The notes beneath the pieces are model-generated. The model was not told where the DNA came from. It did not search any database and saw only the letters and a list, made by a program, of their open reading frames with translations. 64,000 nucleotides of DNA. Origin: Octopus vulgaris (lineage: Eukaryota). A program made the translations under genes and the position numbers. Positions 13,060 to 26,713 of the stretch are shown piece by piece; position 1 is the stretch's first letter; every line of letters begins with the position of its first letter. The stretch lies in NCBI GenBank assembly GCA_951406725.2, contig OX597816.1, positions 76,198,001 to 76,262,000 of the forward strand, read 5' to 3'.

Positions 13060-13430
13060 AGGTACGCCGTCGGTTACGACGACGAGGGCTCCAGTTGATC
13101 TGATGAACAGCCTGTTCGTGAAATTAACGTGCAAATGGCTGAGCACTCCACAAACACGTGTACCCTTAGCGTAGTTCTCAAGGAGTTTCAGCGTGACACG
13201 GAGTGTGACAAGGGTGGCCCCTTTGAAATACAGGTACAACAGAAACTGGAAGAAAGAGGGAGAGAAAGTTCTGGTGAAAGAGAACAGCAGGGTTTGCCAC
13301 CACCCTCTGCCGGAATCCCCATGGAGCTTTAGGTGTTTTCACTCAAGAAACACAACGCCTCGTCTGAGAATCTAAACCGCGATCCTACAACCGTGAGTCC
13401 GCTGCCCTGACCACTGGTCCATTGTGCCTC

Positions 13431-13433
<3 letters not shown>
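13058..13433 (-). mobile_element. SINE with family A head and alternative tail
   Basis: 13240-13433 is the reverse complement of 431-630; 13058-13237 matches the reverse complement of 49030-49213. Confidence 0.8.
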
Positions 13434-13463
<30 letters not shown>

Positions 13464-13749
13464 TCACAGACACACACACACACACTCATATATATAAGGA
13501 TATGCATATTAAAAGTGTTCCTTTGGAAAACTCATTTAAATAAAATGGTTGGAACTACTGATGTAGACAGTGGAGAGTCTGTTATATTTCCTAATAAGCT
13601 GTAGTATATCCCACACAATACATACATTTCTTTTCGTATATTAGAATATTTAGGTTACCCTTTTACACAATTATATTTTATTCCCTTTTCTTTTATATCG
13701 ATAATAACTTTTAACGTATAATTTTTCCATCTATTAAACTATGCTGTAT

Positions 13750-14250
13750 TAATAATCGTACCCGACTTACGTTGTAACAAAATTCTTATATAAGTAACCA
13801 ATATTTAAGTTTTCCACCTATTCCTTCATGAAGTTATCCGTTTAAAGCGAAATTCGACTGCTGTCCCTATGGTTTACTCTTTAGTTAGACTTTCTACTTA
13901 TTAAATTTCCATTAAACTTCTTTTTATAGAGTAAATTTCATTAAACTTGTATTACAACTGTTTATTTTTTATTTTTCCTCAGCTGGTTTGTACTGTTTCA
14001 GATTTAATTGATTACTTAAATCTATTCTCTAGAATTATTCCAAGTGCTTTGACCTTCCCATATACATATATATTTTTTGTCTGAGTAACCGAGAATAAAA
14101 TTTATCTTAATTTGTAACTAAATTTTATTAACTCTGGCTCAACAAATTGTACTTTACACTAATTGTCAATTTGACATAACTCTATAGGATTCATTACCAT
14201 CTTAAGACTTAAAGTTAATTATTTTTCTCTTTTTGTTCACATCAACTGTT
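13750..14250 (-). pseudogene. Very degenerate Penelope GIY-YIG endonuclease region
   Basis: Minus strand has, in order, LCQIDN*CKVQFV, KYMYMGRS, ITSLMK and LLQRKS, echoing CPLxGxC..VY / YIG / TxLSK / LLNKRSE. Confidence 0.3.
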
Positions 14251-14559
14251 TTATGTGAATACGAACTTTTTAAAAGTAAAATTCTTTCCAATATGTTGAT
14301 TTATACATTGACTATTATTATATTGTTATTTGTAGATGTCGCGTGAAATTTCATTGATTTCTGTCCTTTCGTGTGTTATAAACCACAAGACATATCAACC
14401 GAAACAGAACGACATTTCAAACAAAGGAGAATACATTAATTCTGTAAATAATGTAGACAGTATACATTTAAAAAGTCTTATTTAAATTTTACTTATCTTA
14501 GAGTTAATCTTATGTATGTTTTTTTAAAGACACTTTTGATTATAATATACCCGAGTATT

Positions 14560-14835
14560 AAGGCGGCGAGCTGGCAAAATCGTTAGCACGCCGGGCGAAA
14601 TGCTTAGCAGCATTTCGTTTGCCGTTTCAAATTCTGCCGAGGTCGACTTTGCCTTTCATCCTTTCGGGGTCGATAAATTAAGTACGAGTTACGCACTGGA
14701 GTCGATGTAATCGACTTAATCCGTTTGTCCTTGTTTGTTTTCTCTGTGTTTAGCCCCTTGTGGGTAGTAAAGAAATGGGTATTTCGTCTGCCGTTACATT
14801 CTGAGTTCAAATTCTGCCGAGGTCGATTTTGCCTT
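14560..14835 (+). mobile_element. SINE family D (Nin/Deu-like core), 1.3 tandem copies, abutting a family C head on the minus strand (14840-14930)
   Basis: AGGCGGCGAGCTGGC head; core GGTCGACTTTGCCTTTCATCCTTTCGGGGTCGATAAA. Confidence 0.85.
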
Positions 14836-15087
14836 TTATCCGGGGCTATAGTAGAAGACATTTGCCTAAAGTGCCACGCAGTGGGACTGAACCCGGGATC
14901 ATGTGGTTGGTAAGCAAGTAACTTACGCCACTCGGAGGCCTTTTACTACTATTTCTCAATTTATTGTACTTTATTGATTTTTAGAATAAGCTTTTTTTTT
15001 ATAGTATATCTTTTCTATATGGTGTGAATAACATCGCTATTGAATTGTTTAACAGAGATTTTTCTCTAAATTTTATACATATATAAA

Positions 15088-15292
15088 GGGAAAGTTTACG
15101 AAAATAAACAAAAGACGAAGGCAGGTGGAGTAAAAACAAACAAATGTATTAGTATAGCGCTCAGGAATAGAATTAGAAAAAGTATTTTACGTTTCGAGCT
15201 TACGCTCTTCGACAGAAAGATATGCAGAAAGGAAACAAGGAGAGAAACAAGGAGAGAAAAAAATGCGTGTAGGAGCTAACGATCTATCATGG

Positions 15293-15293
<1 letters not shown>
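15088..15293 (-). mobile_element. PLE pseudo-LTR with variant hammerhead at 15181-15220
   Basis: Minus strand UCUUU-CUGUCGAA-GAGC guaa GCUC-GAA-ACGU-A-AAAUA; homologous to 50890-51053, which follows a PLE RT fragment. Confidence 0.75.
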
Positions 15294-15340
<47 letters not shown>

Positions 15341-17262
15341 ACTTAGATAACTTAGATATGTTTCGACCAAAGATTGGTCCAGGCCATGTCTAACTTAATA
15401 GCACCACCTGATAGGATTATTCGAATCCTGTTTAAGTCAAGTTTTGTTCAAGTAGTGAGTTCTTGTTGGGTGAGTTGTATCCTTTTATGGGTGGCTTATC
15501 TGGTATTCTTTGACGGAATCTATCCAGACTCCGTTTAAAGTTGATGGGATCCTTTTCCTCTTTGATCTCCCTCGGGACAATGTTAAATAGGGCAGGGCCG
15601 GTTGAGGAAAAGAAATTATGTTGCAGTGTACATGTATGTTGTGATCTTGAATTGGGCCGGGGACGTATGGCCCGTGGTCCCAGTCTTGGATGAACCTTGA
15701 AGCTAATCCTAAGGTTGTTTGGGCAAAGTTGGCGGTATATTCTCCACATCGTACAAATGATGTACCTCTCACGGCGACGCTGGAGGGAGTAAAGTTTCAA
15801 GGCTTTAAGGCGATCCCAATCATCGAGAGCAGCCATGCTTTCGATTCGTTTAGTGAGAGCCCTCTGGGGTGACTCAATTCTGGAGATGTTTTGTCTTGTA
15901 TGGGGAAACCACAGTGGGCAGCAGTATTCAAGGTGTGGCCATACAAAGGAAGAGAAAAGGGGTATGATGACACCTTGTTCTCTGGACCGGAAAGTTCTTA
16001 AGATCCAGGAACTCATCCTACGAGCTATATCGACCTTCTTGTTGATGTGGGCATTCTCCAACTGAGATCGTCATCAACAATTACACCCAGGTCTCTGATA
16101 TTGTTAGAGGCTGTGAGCGGTTCCCCTGAAGGAAGAGAGTATGGTTGTTTTGGTGAGGAATTTCTTCCAAAATGCATCAGCTCAAATTTTCCCTCATTCA
16201 GTTGCATTTTGTTTGTCTGCCCATTGACTCACAGCTTATAGATCAGACTGGAGTTGAGTTCGGTCTGCTTTTCATTGACGATTTGCTGGAGCTTAGTGTC
16301 ATCAGCAAATATTTTCACTTTGCAGTAATGTACGACACTGGAAAGGTCGTTTACGTAAATTATGAAGGGTAGCGGACCCAAAACAGTCCCCTGGGGAACA
16401 CCGCTGGTGACTTTTGTTGGGCTTGAGTGGACTCCATCAACTACAACATGTTGTGTTCTATTCACCAGGAAATACTTAATCCAGTGCAGAACTTTTCCAC
16501 GGATTCCAACATTTGCCAATTTTGAGAGTAGGATATTATGGTCTACCCTGTCGAACGCTTTACTGAAGTCAAGATATATGACGTCAGAGTTCGAACCTGT
16601 TCCCAAGGCATTGAGTACATCTTCAATGTGGTGTAAGAGCTGTGTTAGACAGTCCCTGCCACAGCGAAAGCCATGCTGATTTGCATTTAGGAGTTTGTGG
16701 GTCTCCAGGAAGTCAGCTATCCTTGATCTTAACACTCTTTCAAACACTTTAATGATGTGGGAGGTGAGTGAGATTAGGCGATAGTTGACTGCGAGGGATC
16801 TGTTTCCCTGTTTGAAAACCGGGATGACCGACTGGGATAGAAACTGTTTCGGTATATAACCTGCGTCTAACGAATTTCTCCAGAGGTTGGTCAGAGGGAA
16901 TGCATGTTGGTGTCTACATTCCTTCAGGAGACTAGCGGGGAATCTATCAGGGCCTACAGCAGAATAATATTTGACCTCATTTATTTCTGCTACGATGTCA
17001 GTGGCAGTGAAGGTTACGTCTGAGATTTTATGTTGGGAGTCAACTTCGTTCGTTTCTCTTACGTCAATATCAGTGGGAACACTAAAGACAGAGCAGTATT
17101 GTTTCTGCAGTATTTCTGCCATTTCTTTAGCATCTTGTTGGGGAATGCCGTTATCATTGGCCCAGTGGGTGAGACAGTGGTTCTATGCTTATTTGCATAA
17201 GAATAGAACACTTTTGGGTTCTGTTTGATGTTTTTGATTACCCACTGTTCCTTCACAGCTCT
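15341..17262 (-). mobile_element. 5'-truncated, frameshifted CR1-type LINE (RT domain, C-terminus, 3' UTR)
   Basis: ORFs 17059-17373, 16229-17122, 16025-16207 and 15432-16061 give YRLISLTS, QHGFR, YLDFSKAFD, GVPQGTVLGP, FADD, HLEYCCPLW, YSLQRRRERY; (TATCTAAGT)2 tail. Confidence 0.93.
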
Positions 17263-17537
17263 ATATATCGATAGACACAGACATACGTATTGTAATAGAT
17301 ACACTTGTACTACTATGGCTACGTGTTTACGAGTATTCGCATGTAACAATTCTGGATTACGGGAAGTGCACATGGGTATCAGAACAATAGACGTACTTCA
17401 CGCCGTAAATTATCAATATGAGGTCTTGATAAGCTACACAATTGTTAGTTATCTTTCTTTATCGTAAATTGACTAAGTGTATTTCTCTAATTCACTGAAT
17501 CATAAGTATGTATGAATTTATGCATCAATCACTCAAT

Positions 17538-18090
<553 letters not shown>

Positions 18091-18382
18091 CTATTTATAT
18101 ATAATTGTCCTTAATGAAACGGAAAAAATCTGCAATTATAGTGAAATATATGGAGTAGGAGAATGTACTTGTTAGTTTAAATTATTGAAAAATGCACGCT
18201 CGTGAAGCACACACATACACACAAATCACTATCCCACTCACACATACACAGACACACACATATGTTTGTGGAATTTGCATATATGGAAAAGGATAAATGT
18301 GAAGTGGAAAGCTAGTTGTCGCCTTTAAATTACCCCATAGAAACAGCCTACTCTAAAAATGTGTGTGCATTGTGTGTGAGTG

Positions 18383-18422
<40 letters not shown>

Positions 18423-18783
18423 CAATTTTTTTTCTATAGCTCAGTCACACTCGCCGCTTCGATGTCACCTATATATAGCGATAACTCTTTAAAAAATTCA
18501 CTATGTATATATATATATATATATATGTTATATATGTGTGTGTGTGTGTGTATTAAATTATATTGACAGTTGTGAGCAATGTGTTACCAAAAAGGAAAAC
18601 TATAATTGTTACTATACGTAATTAAGAGTGTTAGAACACCTACATTACTGTCCCTGGCAGTATATATGTATACAATTATGTACTTTACATTTTTAGAGCT
18701 TTTTATCTCTTACGTTTAGCAACGTAGGTGTTCTAACGCCCTTAGTCACACTTAGTGACAGTTATATATTTATATACATACAG

Positions 18784-18871
<88 letters not shown>

Positions 18872-19627
18872 GGAGTAGGATAATGTACTGTTACTTTAAA
18901 TTATTGAAAAATGTACGCTCGTAAAACACACACATACACACAATTCCCCCCCCACACACACATATGATATATTTGTATGTTATTTTTTCACATAATTTTC
19001 TATAATTTATACACACACACACACACACGAACCGCTTGCACACGCGTCCACGCTCATCCTAACCTCACGTATAAAGATATATGGCAGGAAGTACACATTC
19101 ATTAGGAAGTCGCTTTTATGATCACTCTGGGATTAGGTCTTTTCTATAACAATAACCTGTTGAAACCAGCTTCCGCTGTGTTGATGATACTGCTGCTGCT
19201 GGTAACAGTAATGGTGGTTTTGAAATGATGACAACGACAGCGATGACGACGACAACGATGAAGATGGTTTATGATAACGGAAAAGATTTGTATGATAATT
19301 AGGAAGTTAGATCGTACGACAGAGCTTTCTTTCATAAAGATAACGAGTTTAGACGATAAGGCAGCTAAGATAACTGATTGCTGCGGCGTCGGAGCTATTT
19401 AGTAAGCCCGGGACTGCACTTAAGTGTCGAAACGGTTCAGCAGAATTTTAATCAGAGAGTTTGATGTGCCACAATAATGTTGAGGAGGACGAGACAAGAT
19501 GGGTAAATACTCTTCACTTGTATTAGCGTTGAAAACAGAGGTGGTCTTATGCACAAAATCAAAACCGGGTCAGTGACACCCTACATCGGTTCTACGTAGA
19601 TTAGATACCCCTCTCTTTGTAGTTGTT

Positions 19628-19697
<70 letters not shown>

Positions 19698-20194
19698 CGC
19701 TTATCATAGGCTTGAAGATGTAAAGACAAAACATGAAGATGTAGAGGGAACATTCATCTAAATTGAAGTGTATTTGTTCAGGGCGATAAAGAGATAAAAA
19801 AAACTGACCTTTGAAGAATCTGAATTAATAATTTTAAAATTCTGTTTTCCAATGTCCAAATTTCCCTCAAATTATACTCCGCTATCTTAACCAAATAAAA
19901 GCCACTGGACAATGTGATCCCAGGTGTACACACTTTGATGTGGGATGGTAAAGGCTAAAAAGCCTTTGATCATAAGTCTTTACGGTGTCGGCTAACCCGA
20001 GGCTAAGCAATAGGTGCTTAGAAAAAAAGTCGATATTAACATACATTATAAATGTTCTCAATAAATGACAGTGATCCTAATCCGGGCATGCCAATACGGA
20101 CACAAGAGATTAAAGTAAATCAAACAGATATTAATGCTAAACATAACCTGAAAGGGAAATGCAACATTAATAAGGTGACAATATATACACTAGA

Positions 20195-21530
20195 CACGCT
20201 GGGCGAAATCCTTACCGGTATTTCGTTTATCTTTAAGTTCTGAGTTCAAATTTCCCCGTGGTCGACTTTGCCTTTCATAATTTCGGGACGATAAATTAAG
20301 TACCAGTTGCGTGCTGGAGTTGATCTAATCGACTGGCCTCCTTCCCCCAAAATTTCGGGCCTAGAGTAGAAAAGAATATATACACTAGACACACCAGGCG
20401 AAAGGCTTAGCGGTATTTCGACTGCCGCTACGTTCTGAGTTCAAATTCTGCCGAGGTCAACTTTGCCTTTCATCCTTTCGGGGTCGATTAAAATAAGTAC
20501 CAGTTACGCACTGGGGTCGATATAACCGACTTAATCCGTTTGTCTGTCCTTGTTTGCCCCTTCTGTGTTTAGCCCCTTGTGGGTAGTAAAGAAATAGGTC
20601 TTTCGCCTGCTGCTACGTTCTGATTTCAAATTCCGCCGAGGTCGATTTTGCCTTTCATCCTTTCGGGTCGATTAAATAAGTACCAGTTACGCACTGGGGT
20701 CGATATATTCGACTTAATCCGTTTGTCTGTCCTTGTTTGTCCTCTCTGTGTTGAACCCTTTGTTGGTAGTAAAGAAATAGATATTTCGTCTGCCGTTACG
20801 TTCTGAGTTCAAATTTCCCCGAGGTCGACTTTGCCTTTCATAATTTCGGGACGATAAATTAAGTACCAGTTGCGTGCTGGAGTTGATCTAATCGACTGGC
20901 CTCCTTCCCCCAAAATTTCGGGCCTAGAGTAGAAAAGAATATATACACTAGACACACCGGGCGAAAGGCTTAGCGGTATTTCGTCTGCCACTACGTTTTG
21001 AGTTCAAATTCTGCCGAGGTCAACTTTGCCTTTCATCCTTTCGGGGTCACTAAAATAAGTACCAGTTACGCACTGGGGTCGATATAACCGACTTAATCCG
21101 TTTGTCTGTCCTTGTTTGCCCCTTCTGTGTTTAGCCCCTTGTGGGTAGTAAAGAGATAGGTCTTTCGCCTGCTGCTACGTTCTGATTTCAAATTCCGCCG
21201 AGGTCGATTTTGCCTTTCATCCTTTCGGGGTCGATTAAATAAGTACCAGTTACGCACTGGGGTCGATATATTCGACTTAATCCGTTTGTCTGTCCTTGTT
21301 TGTCCTCTCTGTGTTGAACCCTTTGTTGGTAGTAAAGAAATAGATATTTCGTCTGCCGTTACGTTCTGAGTTCAAATTCCACCGAGGTCGACTTTGCTTT
21401 TCATCCTTTCGGGGTCGATTAAATAAGTCCCAGTACTCTCTGGTGACGATGTAGGCGACTTAATCCCTTTGTTTGTCTTCGTTTGTCCTCTCTATATTTA
21501 CCCCCCCCCCCATGTGGACAACAAAGAAGT
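20195..21530 (+). repeat. Tandem array of 7 SINE-D monomers with a 563-bp higher-order repeat
   Basis: TGAGTTCAAATT-like anchors at 20241, 20436, 20621, 20804, 20999, 21184 and 21367; 20241-20803 nearly identical to 20804-21366. Confidence 0.92.
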
Positions 21531-22455
21531 AAATATATACACTAAACAAAAAATAGAAAGTTTTCATGTCGTCGAGTATATCTGTTTCGATATATTTTAT
21601 ATATCTTCTCCACTTCATGACCATCATATCATATCTAAGTTCTGAATATCAATATCGCTACTAAATATCCTCGTATAAAGAAACAGGAATAGTGATAAAC
21701 AGGATTTGCGTTAGAAAAAACTCAAGACCAAAATAGATACACATAAATAATTAAAACACTAGGGCTTAGACGCATACATAAGCTACATGCACTACTCGGC
21801 CCTAGAGATATTTAATGACAAAACAAACATAAAACAACACTACGATATATACTTTCTGTGAAGTTGTTAAAAGTTGGATGACTGCCGAAAATGTGAGTGA
21901 CTGTATCAACCATATTTTCGGGAAATAACGTGAATGAAGTTTCCTCCCAGCGTATTGTCCGGAATTTGAGATAGTTGGGAGACGGCAATTGCCTTTGCTA
22001 ATCGCATGTTCCTCTTGTTGGGTGTTTCCTTAATCTGCACTCGTTGAAAGCCTTCTTGGATAGGGGGGGGGATGTATCATTACTTACTTATAAACCATGT
22101 ATATCTTAATATTTGTTTTCTCGTTGTTCTTTCGATTTCTATATAACCCTATGCATTTATGTAACCTAGTGTTGGTGTTGTAACTGCTTTAATGATTCTT
22201 TGTATCGAACCATAACTCGTCGACTAAGATGAGCAGTAATTTTTGTCCCTTCTGTATAAAATATATTTTGTGTTCTTGTGTATTCAGAATTCATCTAAAA
22301 CATCTTGCTGATCTACGGAAACAGGCTGTGAGCACTGTAACCACTTTCAGATTAAGTTAGAATGTTTTCAATTTTTTCGTTTATTCTCGAAATTCTACGT
22401 GGCAAGTTCAAAGGCACTAATGAAAACTGACTATCTTCACTGTTTTGTCCTAGCA

Positions 22456-22508
22456 TTTCAGGATTTCATGATTTCAGGATTTCAGGATTTCAGGATTTCA
22501 GGATTTCA
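22456..22508. repeat. (TTTCAGGA)n octamer repeat
   Basis: About 6.5 units. Confidence 0.9.
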
Positions 22509-23535
22509 TTCGGTATAGCACTATACTTTTTCCTTTCCCTTGTTCTTGACTCTCGTATGATATAGGCATCGCATGTCGATTACAAAACAAAGTATCTTCT
22601 TATCAACTACATTACGCCGCTTGTGTTATATTCTCCTTTTGATTTATATCGGTAAGTCCCATTGCAACATTGTTTACGAGAACATTTATTTCTATTCTAA
22701 CAAAATAGTTATTTCTCTTTTTCTCTTTCCTTAGCTTGCAAAATCACGTCTTTTGCAAATATTTCAGTGAATTATTGATACAATCTTTTCATGTTATACT
22801 GTTTGAATTCATCCCAAGCTAACTGGGAATCCCTGCACAGCATGAACTGTCGTCTCATCTAATTCATCATGCATGCAACACTTCAGTTAGCAGCTCTGCT
22901 GATCTATTACTGTCTTGATATTGCTGTGCTGCTAAAATCATTCATTCGGTCTCTTTGTCGAGCGCCCCTTTTTTTAGTCAGTACTAGATCTCTTTGCTTC
23001 TTGTCATTTTTTAATGATTTTTTTTTGTCGTGAGAGGTGGGTGGAGAATGGAATGTAGCTGTTGCCCTTCAATTTACAAATTTTGTACATAGTCCTTCAC
23101 CTATTAGTTCCGCAAGAAGAGCTTCCTTTTCTCCTTGATAGAAACTTGTTTAAATTAGCTCTGCTACGACATTCACTCATTAAACCACTTCCTCATACTC
23201 TTTTCCAGTATAAATGGCACACATCTGATTGAGTATGCATGCCTCAGTGCAGTGTGAGATTTTACCTAATTTTTCTATGGGTGGGGGAGGATGAGCTGAA
23301 TGATTTCAGCTCATCTCACGTCCACTCATTAATTCTCACTGCCCTCAATTTCAATGCTCGCATCATATTTCTTACATACAATTTAGATCTTTAAAACTGT
23401 CTACGCAAATATTCTTTCTGAAAACTTCATAATAATGCTTTTGAATTTAGTACTTTCCATTATTTCCAGATATTTATATGCTTCTTAATTGCCTAATTGC
23501 TGCTTAGTTTATATGCTTCTTAATTTCTCGTCAAT

Positions 23536-23945
23536 TATTTTATTCTTTTACTTGTTTCAATCACTTGACTGCGGCCATGCTGGAGTACCACCTTTAGTCG
23601 AACAAATTGACCCCAGGACTTATTGTTTGTGAGCCTATTACTTATTCTATCGGTCTCTTTTACTGAACCGCTAGGGTTCGGGGACGTAAACGCATCAACA
23701 TTGGTTGTCAAGCGATGGTGGGGAGATAAACACAAACACACTAATACATAATACATACACACATATTTATGTGTTTGTGTGTGCGACGAGTTTCTTTCAG
23801 TTTCCGTCTACCAGATCCACTCACACGGCTTTGGTCGGCCCGTGGCTAGTAGAGGACACTTGCCCAAGGTGCCACGCAGCGGCAATTAACCTGGAACCAT
23901 ATGGTTGTGAAGCAGGCTTCTTACTACACAGCTATTCCTGCTCCC
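23536..23945 (-). mobile_element. SINE family C
   Basis: Reverse complement of 11812-12210. Confidence 0.88.
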
Positions 23946-23989
23946 ATATAAGTATATTTATTTTAATACTTCCTATGAATTGTCTTAAC

Positions 23990-24260
23990 TTCAAGATCAT
24001 CATATCACATTTCTCAACTCTGAATATCATTTCAATGTCACTAGTAAATATTCTAATGGTTTGTACAATGAAATTCGTTTAATCTCTGCTTCTGCCATAT
24101 AACATTAAATCATTCGTAAATAATCGATGATTCACTTTTCCCTTATTCATTTCCAGTGGGAATCCTCCTTTAGCTTTGTTTTAGTATAATCGAATAAGTG
24201 TCGGTAATAATGCGATTGCAAACTGTCCCTTAGAAAGACTCCTTTTCTGATATATCGGCT
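23990..24260 (-). pseudogene. Degenerate R4/Dong-type RT fragment
   Basis: Minus strand IYQKRSLS...AIALLP...KVNHRLFTNDLMLY...IRIFTSDIEMIFRVEKC, resembling GIFQGDSLS / INHLLFMDDLKLY / FSxDIxMxFGxDKC. Confidence 0.6.
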
Positions 24261-24719
24261 ACTTTTTTCCATCCAATTCTCGACTCTATTCCCCATCCTT
24301 GCATTGCAGCGTCTAACAAATACGCAATTCTTTTTTTTCTTTCAAGAATATCAATATTTCTTGGTGCCACATGATCCGCGTATATAAGATGAGATTATAT
24401 GTTTTTTACTAATCGATCACGCGATTATTTTTTCTACCATTCCTCTTGACTAGCTTGTCGATTATAAAACATCATTCATTTATCTGTTTTTTCTGTTTAT
24501 TAGGAACTGGCAGTTTTTGCAAATAAAAGTAAGTACCAGTCCTGCACTGGGGTCGGTGGAATCGAGTAGCTCCAACCACGCAAATTTCAGACTTTGTAGA
24601 AATAATAACTATTATTAATATTAATATTAATTATTATTAATGTTGATATAAAATAATCATTGCAGTAATCAAATTTTTGCCATTCAGGTTGGATTTCTAC
24701 ACCATCTTCACCCTTTATT

Positions 24720-24850
24720 ATTTTTAGAAAAACATTGTCATCTGTTGGTGTTGATACATCAATTAGAAAGCATATTTTCCTTGATGATCTCTGATAAGTA
24801 TAACCGACCTATAGGCCTTAATTTCTCTATCTACGAGTATTGACATTCTG
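24720..24850 (-). pseudogene. R4/Dong RLE fragment, same family as 59295
   Basis: Reverse complement matches 59305-59420 (GATAGAGAAAT.AAGGCC.ATAGGTC...GTATCAA.ACCAACAGATGACAA). Confidence 0.65.
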
Positions 24851-24959
24851 GCGTGTGCCTCTACCATAATTTTCCTGTTGTTATTCCATAGTGTTGGCGT
24901 AGCTTCCAGTTATTATTATCATTTTATGGTCTTTGCAGAGCTTCTAATGCTAGAGATTA

Positions 24960-25345
24960 CTACGGTGTCAGCTGTTCCCCACCAGTGAACTAAAGTAACA
25001 CCCTTTATTTTTCGAGCACCATCCGGAGTATTCGAGCGGTTCGAAGCAGTGCTGCTTTCTGCAAGTACCCCACCCTTATTGCAGCCCCTATTTGTTCCAT
25101 GTACTTCTCAAGATTTTTTCTCACTGTTCCCAGGACTCCAATAATTATTGGTACTACTACCATCTTTTCAGCGACCACAATTGCTTAAACCCCCAAGCTA
25201 ACTTGTCATATCTATCGACTTTTCTTTCTTCCTTATCGCATACCTTGTTGTCAGCTGGGCATGCTATATCTTTGGTCCAGCATCGTTTGCTTTCTTTCTC
25301 AATTAACACTATGTCTGGTTTCCTATTCCCTATCTCATGGTCTCA
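24960..25345 (-). pseudogene. R4/Dong-type restriction-like endonuclease C-terminus and 3' end
   Basis: Minus strand DHEIGNRKPDIVLIEKESKRCWTKDIACPADNKVCDKEERKVDRYD...PIIIGVLGTV...LQKAALLRTARILRMVLEK*. Confidence 0.85.
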
Positions 25346-25429
25346 TAAGATCTTTGCATTATCATTTTCGATGATAATGACTATTCAGTTGCTTGAACTT
25401 AACCAGTTTACTGGCTGGCGGTATGTATA

Positions 25430-25770
25430 TCTCTGATCACGTGCAGAACTAGTGGGGGAGCATCATACCCATAGATTCAGAGGAATTCTTTGAGGTTTAG
25501 ATAATTCACCTCTGGAAACATGGGTGTTTCGTTCAACATCCTTAAACAAGCCTTATTTTGGGACCTTTTGATTGGGATGAGCTACACAAACTGAAGAAAA
25601 TTTAAACAGGGCACCACCTGCAAGGTCATGCGCTGATTATCTTAATATGAGATCACCATGTCGCGCACTTATGGTTGATATGTATTGCCTAGTGTACCCT
25701 AATCCAACGGGTAGTCATAATGGGTAAACTAGACTTCGCATATTTTACCCCGGTGTCATTTTGATGGTAA
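25430..25770 (+). mobile_element. Interspersed repeat; its 3' part recurs at 59105-59205 followed by (AAT)n
   Basis: Shared GTGTACCCT...GTAGTCAT.ATGG...CTTCG.ATATTTT ACCCC.GTGTCA.TTTGATGG. Confidence 0.6.
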
Positions 25771-25833
25771 AGTACTCAGCCGGTCTCTTAGAGATGCAGG
25801 TTCGAGTCCCGTGTTTGTTTGCTGACAACTTTT

Positions 25834-26042
25834 AAGGCAGCAATCTGGCAGAATCGTTAGCACGCCAGACAAAATGTTTAGCGGCATTTCGTTTGTCTTC
25901 ACATTCTGAGTTCAAATTCTGTCGATGTCGACTTTGTCTTTCATCTTTTCGGGGTCGATAAAATAAGTACCAGTTGAAAATTGGGATCGATGTAATCAAT
26001 TTAACCACCTCTCCTAAAATTACTGGCCTTATGCTAAAATTT

Positions 26043-26086
<44 letters not shown>

Positions 26087-26305
26087 CCATCATTATTATT
26101 ATTGTTTATAAGGCGCCGAGCATCAAAATCGCTAGCGCGTAGTACAAAATGTTTAACGGAATTTTTTCTGGTTTTTAATTTCTGAGTTCAAATGTAGCCG
26201 ATGTCAACTTTTCGTTCTTTTGAGGTGGACAAAACAAGTACCAATTGAACACTTGGTTCGATGTAATTGCGTAGCCTCTTCTCCCAAAATTTCTGGCATT
26301 GTGCA
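25834..26305 (+). mobile_element. Two diverged SINE-D copies separated by (CAT)n
   Basis: Heads at 25834 and 26111; core TTCTGAGTTCAAAT...GTACCA. Confidence 0.8.
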
Positions 26306-26713
26306 TTCTCTTTTATTCTTTTACTTGTTTCAGTCATTTGACTGCGGCCATGTTGGAGCACCGCCTTTAGTCGAGCAAATCGACCCCGGTACTTATTCTT
26401 TGTAAGCCCAGTACTTATTCTATCGGTCTCTTTTGCCGAACCGCTAAGTGACGGGGACGTAAACACACCAGCATCGGTTGTCAAGCAATGCTAGGGGGAC
26501 AACCACAGACACACAAACACATACACACACACACACATATATACATATATACGACAGGCTTCTTTCAGTTTACGTCTACCAAAACCACTCACAAGGCATT
26601 GATCGGCCAGGGTCTATAGCATAAGACACTTGTCCAAGATGCCACGCAGTGGGACTGAACCCGGAACCATGTGGTTGGTTAGCAAGCAACTTACCACACA
26701 GCCACTCCTGCGC
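26306..26713 (-). mobile_element. Full-length SINE family C nested in a SINE-D tail
   Basis: Near-identical to the reverse complement of 11812-12210; the flanks join to ...GGCATTGTGC/ATAGTGTAGAAAGG, resembling the SINE-D tail. Confidence 0.9.

Noticed and set aside
19380-19445. GAAAC-GGUUC with an upstream hairpin as a hammerhead
   Set aside because: No CUGANGA-like core at the right position
20195-21530. CRISPR-like regular array
   Set aside because: Units are whole SINE monomers without unique spacers; eukaryotic context; no cas genes
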